DNA from: Octopus bimaculoides
Taxonomy: Eukaryota
Direction of reading: 5' to 3'
DNA: 64,000 nt
Assembly: GCF_001194135.2 (NCBI RefSeq)
Contig: NC_068990.1
Span: forward strand, 29,242,508 to 29,306,507
In this document: piece by piece, positions 63,282 to 64,000 of the stretch
How the letters are laid out: each line of letters starts with the position of its first letter
Position numbering within the stretch: the stretch's first letter is position 1
The notes under the pieces: model-generated
What the model was told of the DNA's origin: nothing
Database searches by the model: none
Seen by the model: only the letters and a program-made list of their open reading frames with translations
Position numbers and translations under genes: made by a program

Positions 63282-63441
63282 AGAGAGAGAGAGAGAGAGA
63301 GGAAGAGAGAGAGAGAGGAAGAGAGACAGACAGATAGACACACACACACAGACAGAGGAATGGATGGAGGTGGGACGGAGAGAGAATGAGTGGGAGACAT
63401 AGAGAGATGGATATATAAATATAGATAGATAGGTACATACA

Positions 63442-63472
<31 letters not shown>

Positions 63473-63812
63473 GCATATACATATATAAACACACATATAT
63501 ACATACATATATGTATATATATAGAGAGAGAGGGAGAGAATTAATCGTATTCCCTACCAAGCCGATCCTAGTACACTTGGCGCTCAAACGTCCGTTTTCT
63601 TGTTCAAAACTTGATAGGGATTCCTACGGTATTACATAACAAATATGATATTGTGCAAGTTGTCAAACGCTGAGAAAATCAAATAAGCTCGGAACGATAG
63701 CGTTGCTTCCAGTCCCATGCATGTATCTTTTTAATCTTGCTGTCAAAAAGGCTTACGTTAATCCTCGTGACAGGGAGCGGTTCAAGGATACAATGATAAT
63801 AATAACGATAAC

Positions 63813-63886
<74 letters not shown>

Positions 63887-64000
63887 TATTAAAAATAATA
63901 ATAAAATAATAGTCATAATAACAACTACTACTACTACTAAAATCACAGAAGTAGCAGCAGCAGCAGTAGTAGCAGCAACAATATCATCAACTCAAATAAA

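Overview
AT-rich eukaryotic scaffold segment with roughly 11 kb in about 30 N gaps, almost all flanked by microsatellites. The SINE families and repeat load resemble a cephalopod (octopus-like) genome; this is an inference from recognised repeat sequences, not a search. I can support no host protein-coding gene, and nearly all ORF-track entries are microsatellite or N read-through artefacts. The window is intronic/intergenic DNA built from four families of tRNA-headed SINEs, decayed transposon coding fragments (two mariner transposase pieces, an R4/Dong-like non-LTR 3' end, four Penelope-like GIY-YIG fragments, a Helitron helicase remnant with its 5' end), several foldback elements and one 66-bp minisatellite. 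The most interesting signal is a set of about ten small hammerhead-ribozyme-like motifs from about five sequence families, with the palindromic stem III typical of Penelope-associated dimeric hammerheads. One (18231-18281, minus) is fully canonical. One sits in the 3' tail of an apparent tRNA-headed SINE, two sit in inverted orientation in a 445-bp foldback element, and one multi-copy family carries a CUGUUGA core variant. Together they suggest a system of non-autonomous, ribozyme-bearing elements mobilised by Penelope-like retroelements; activity and novelty are untested.
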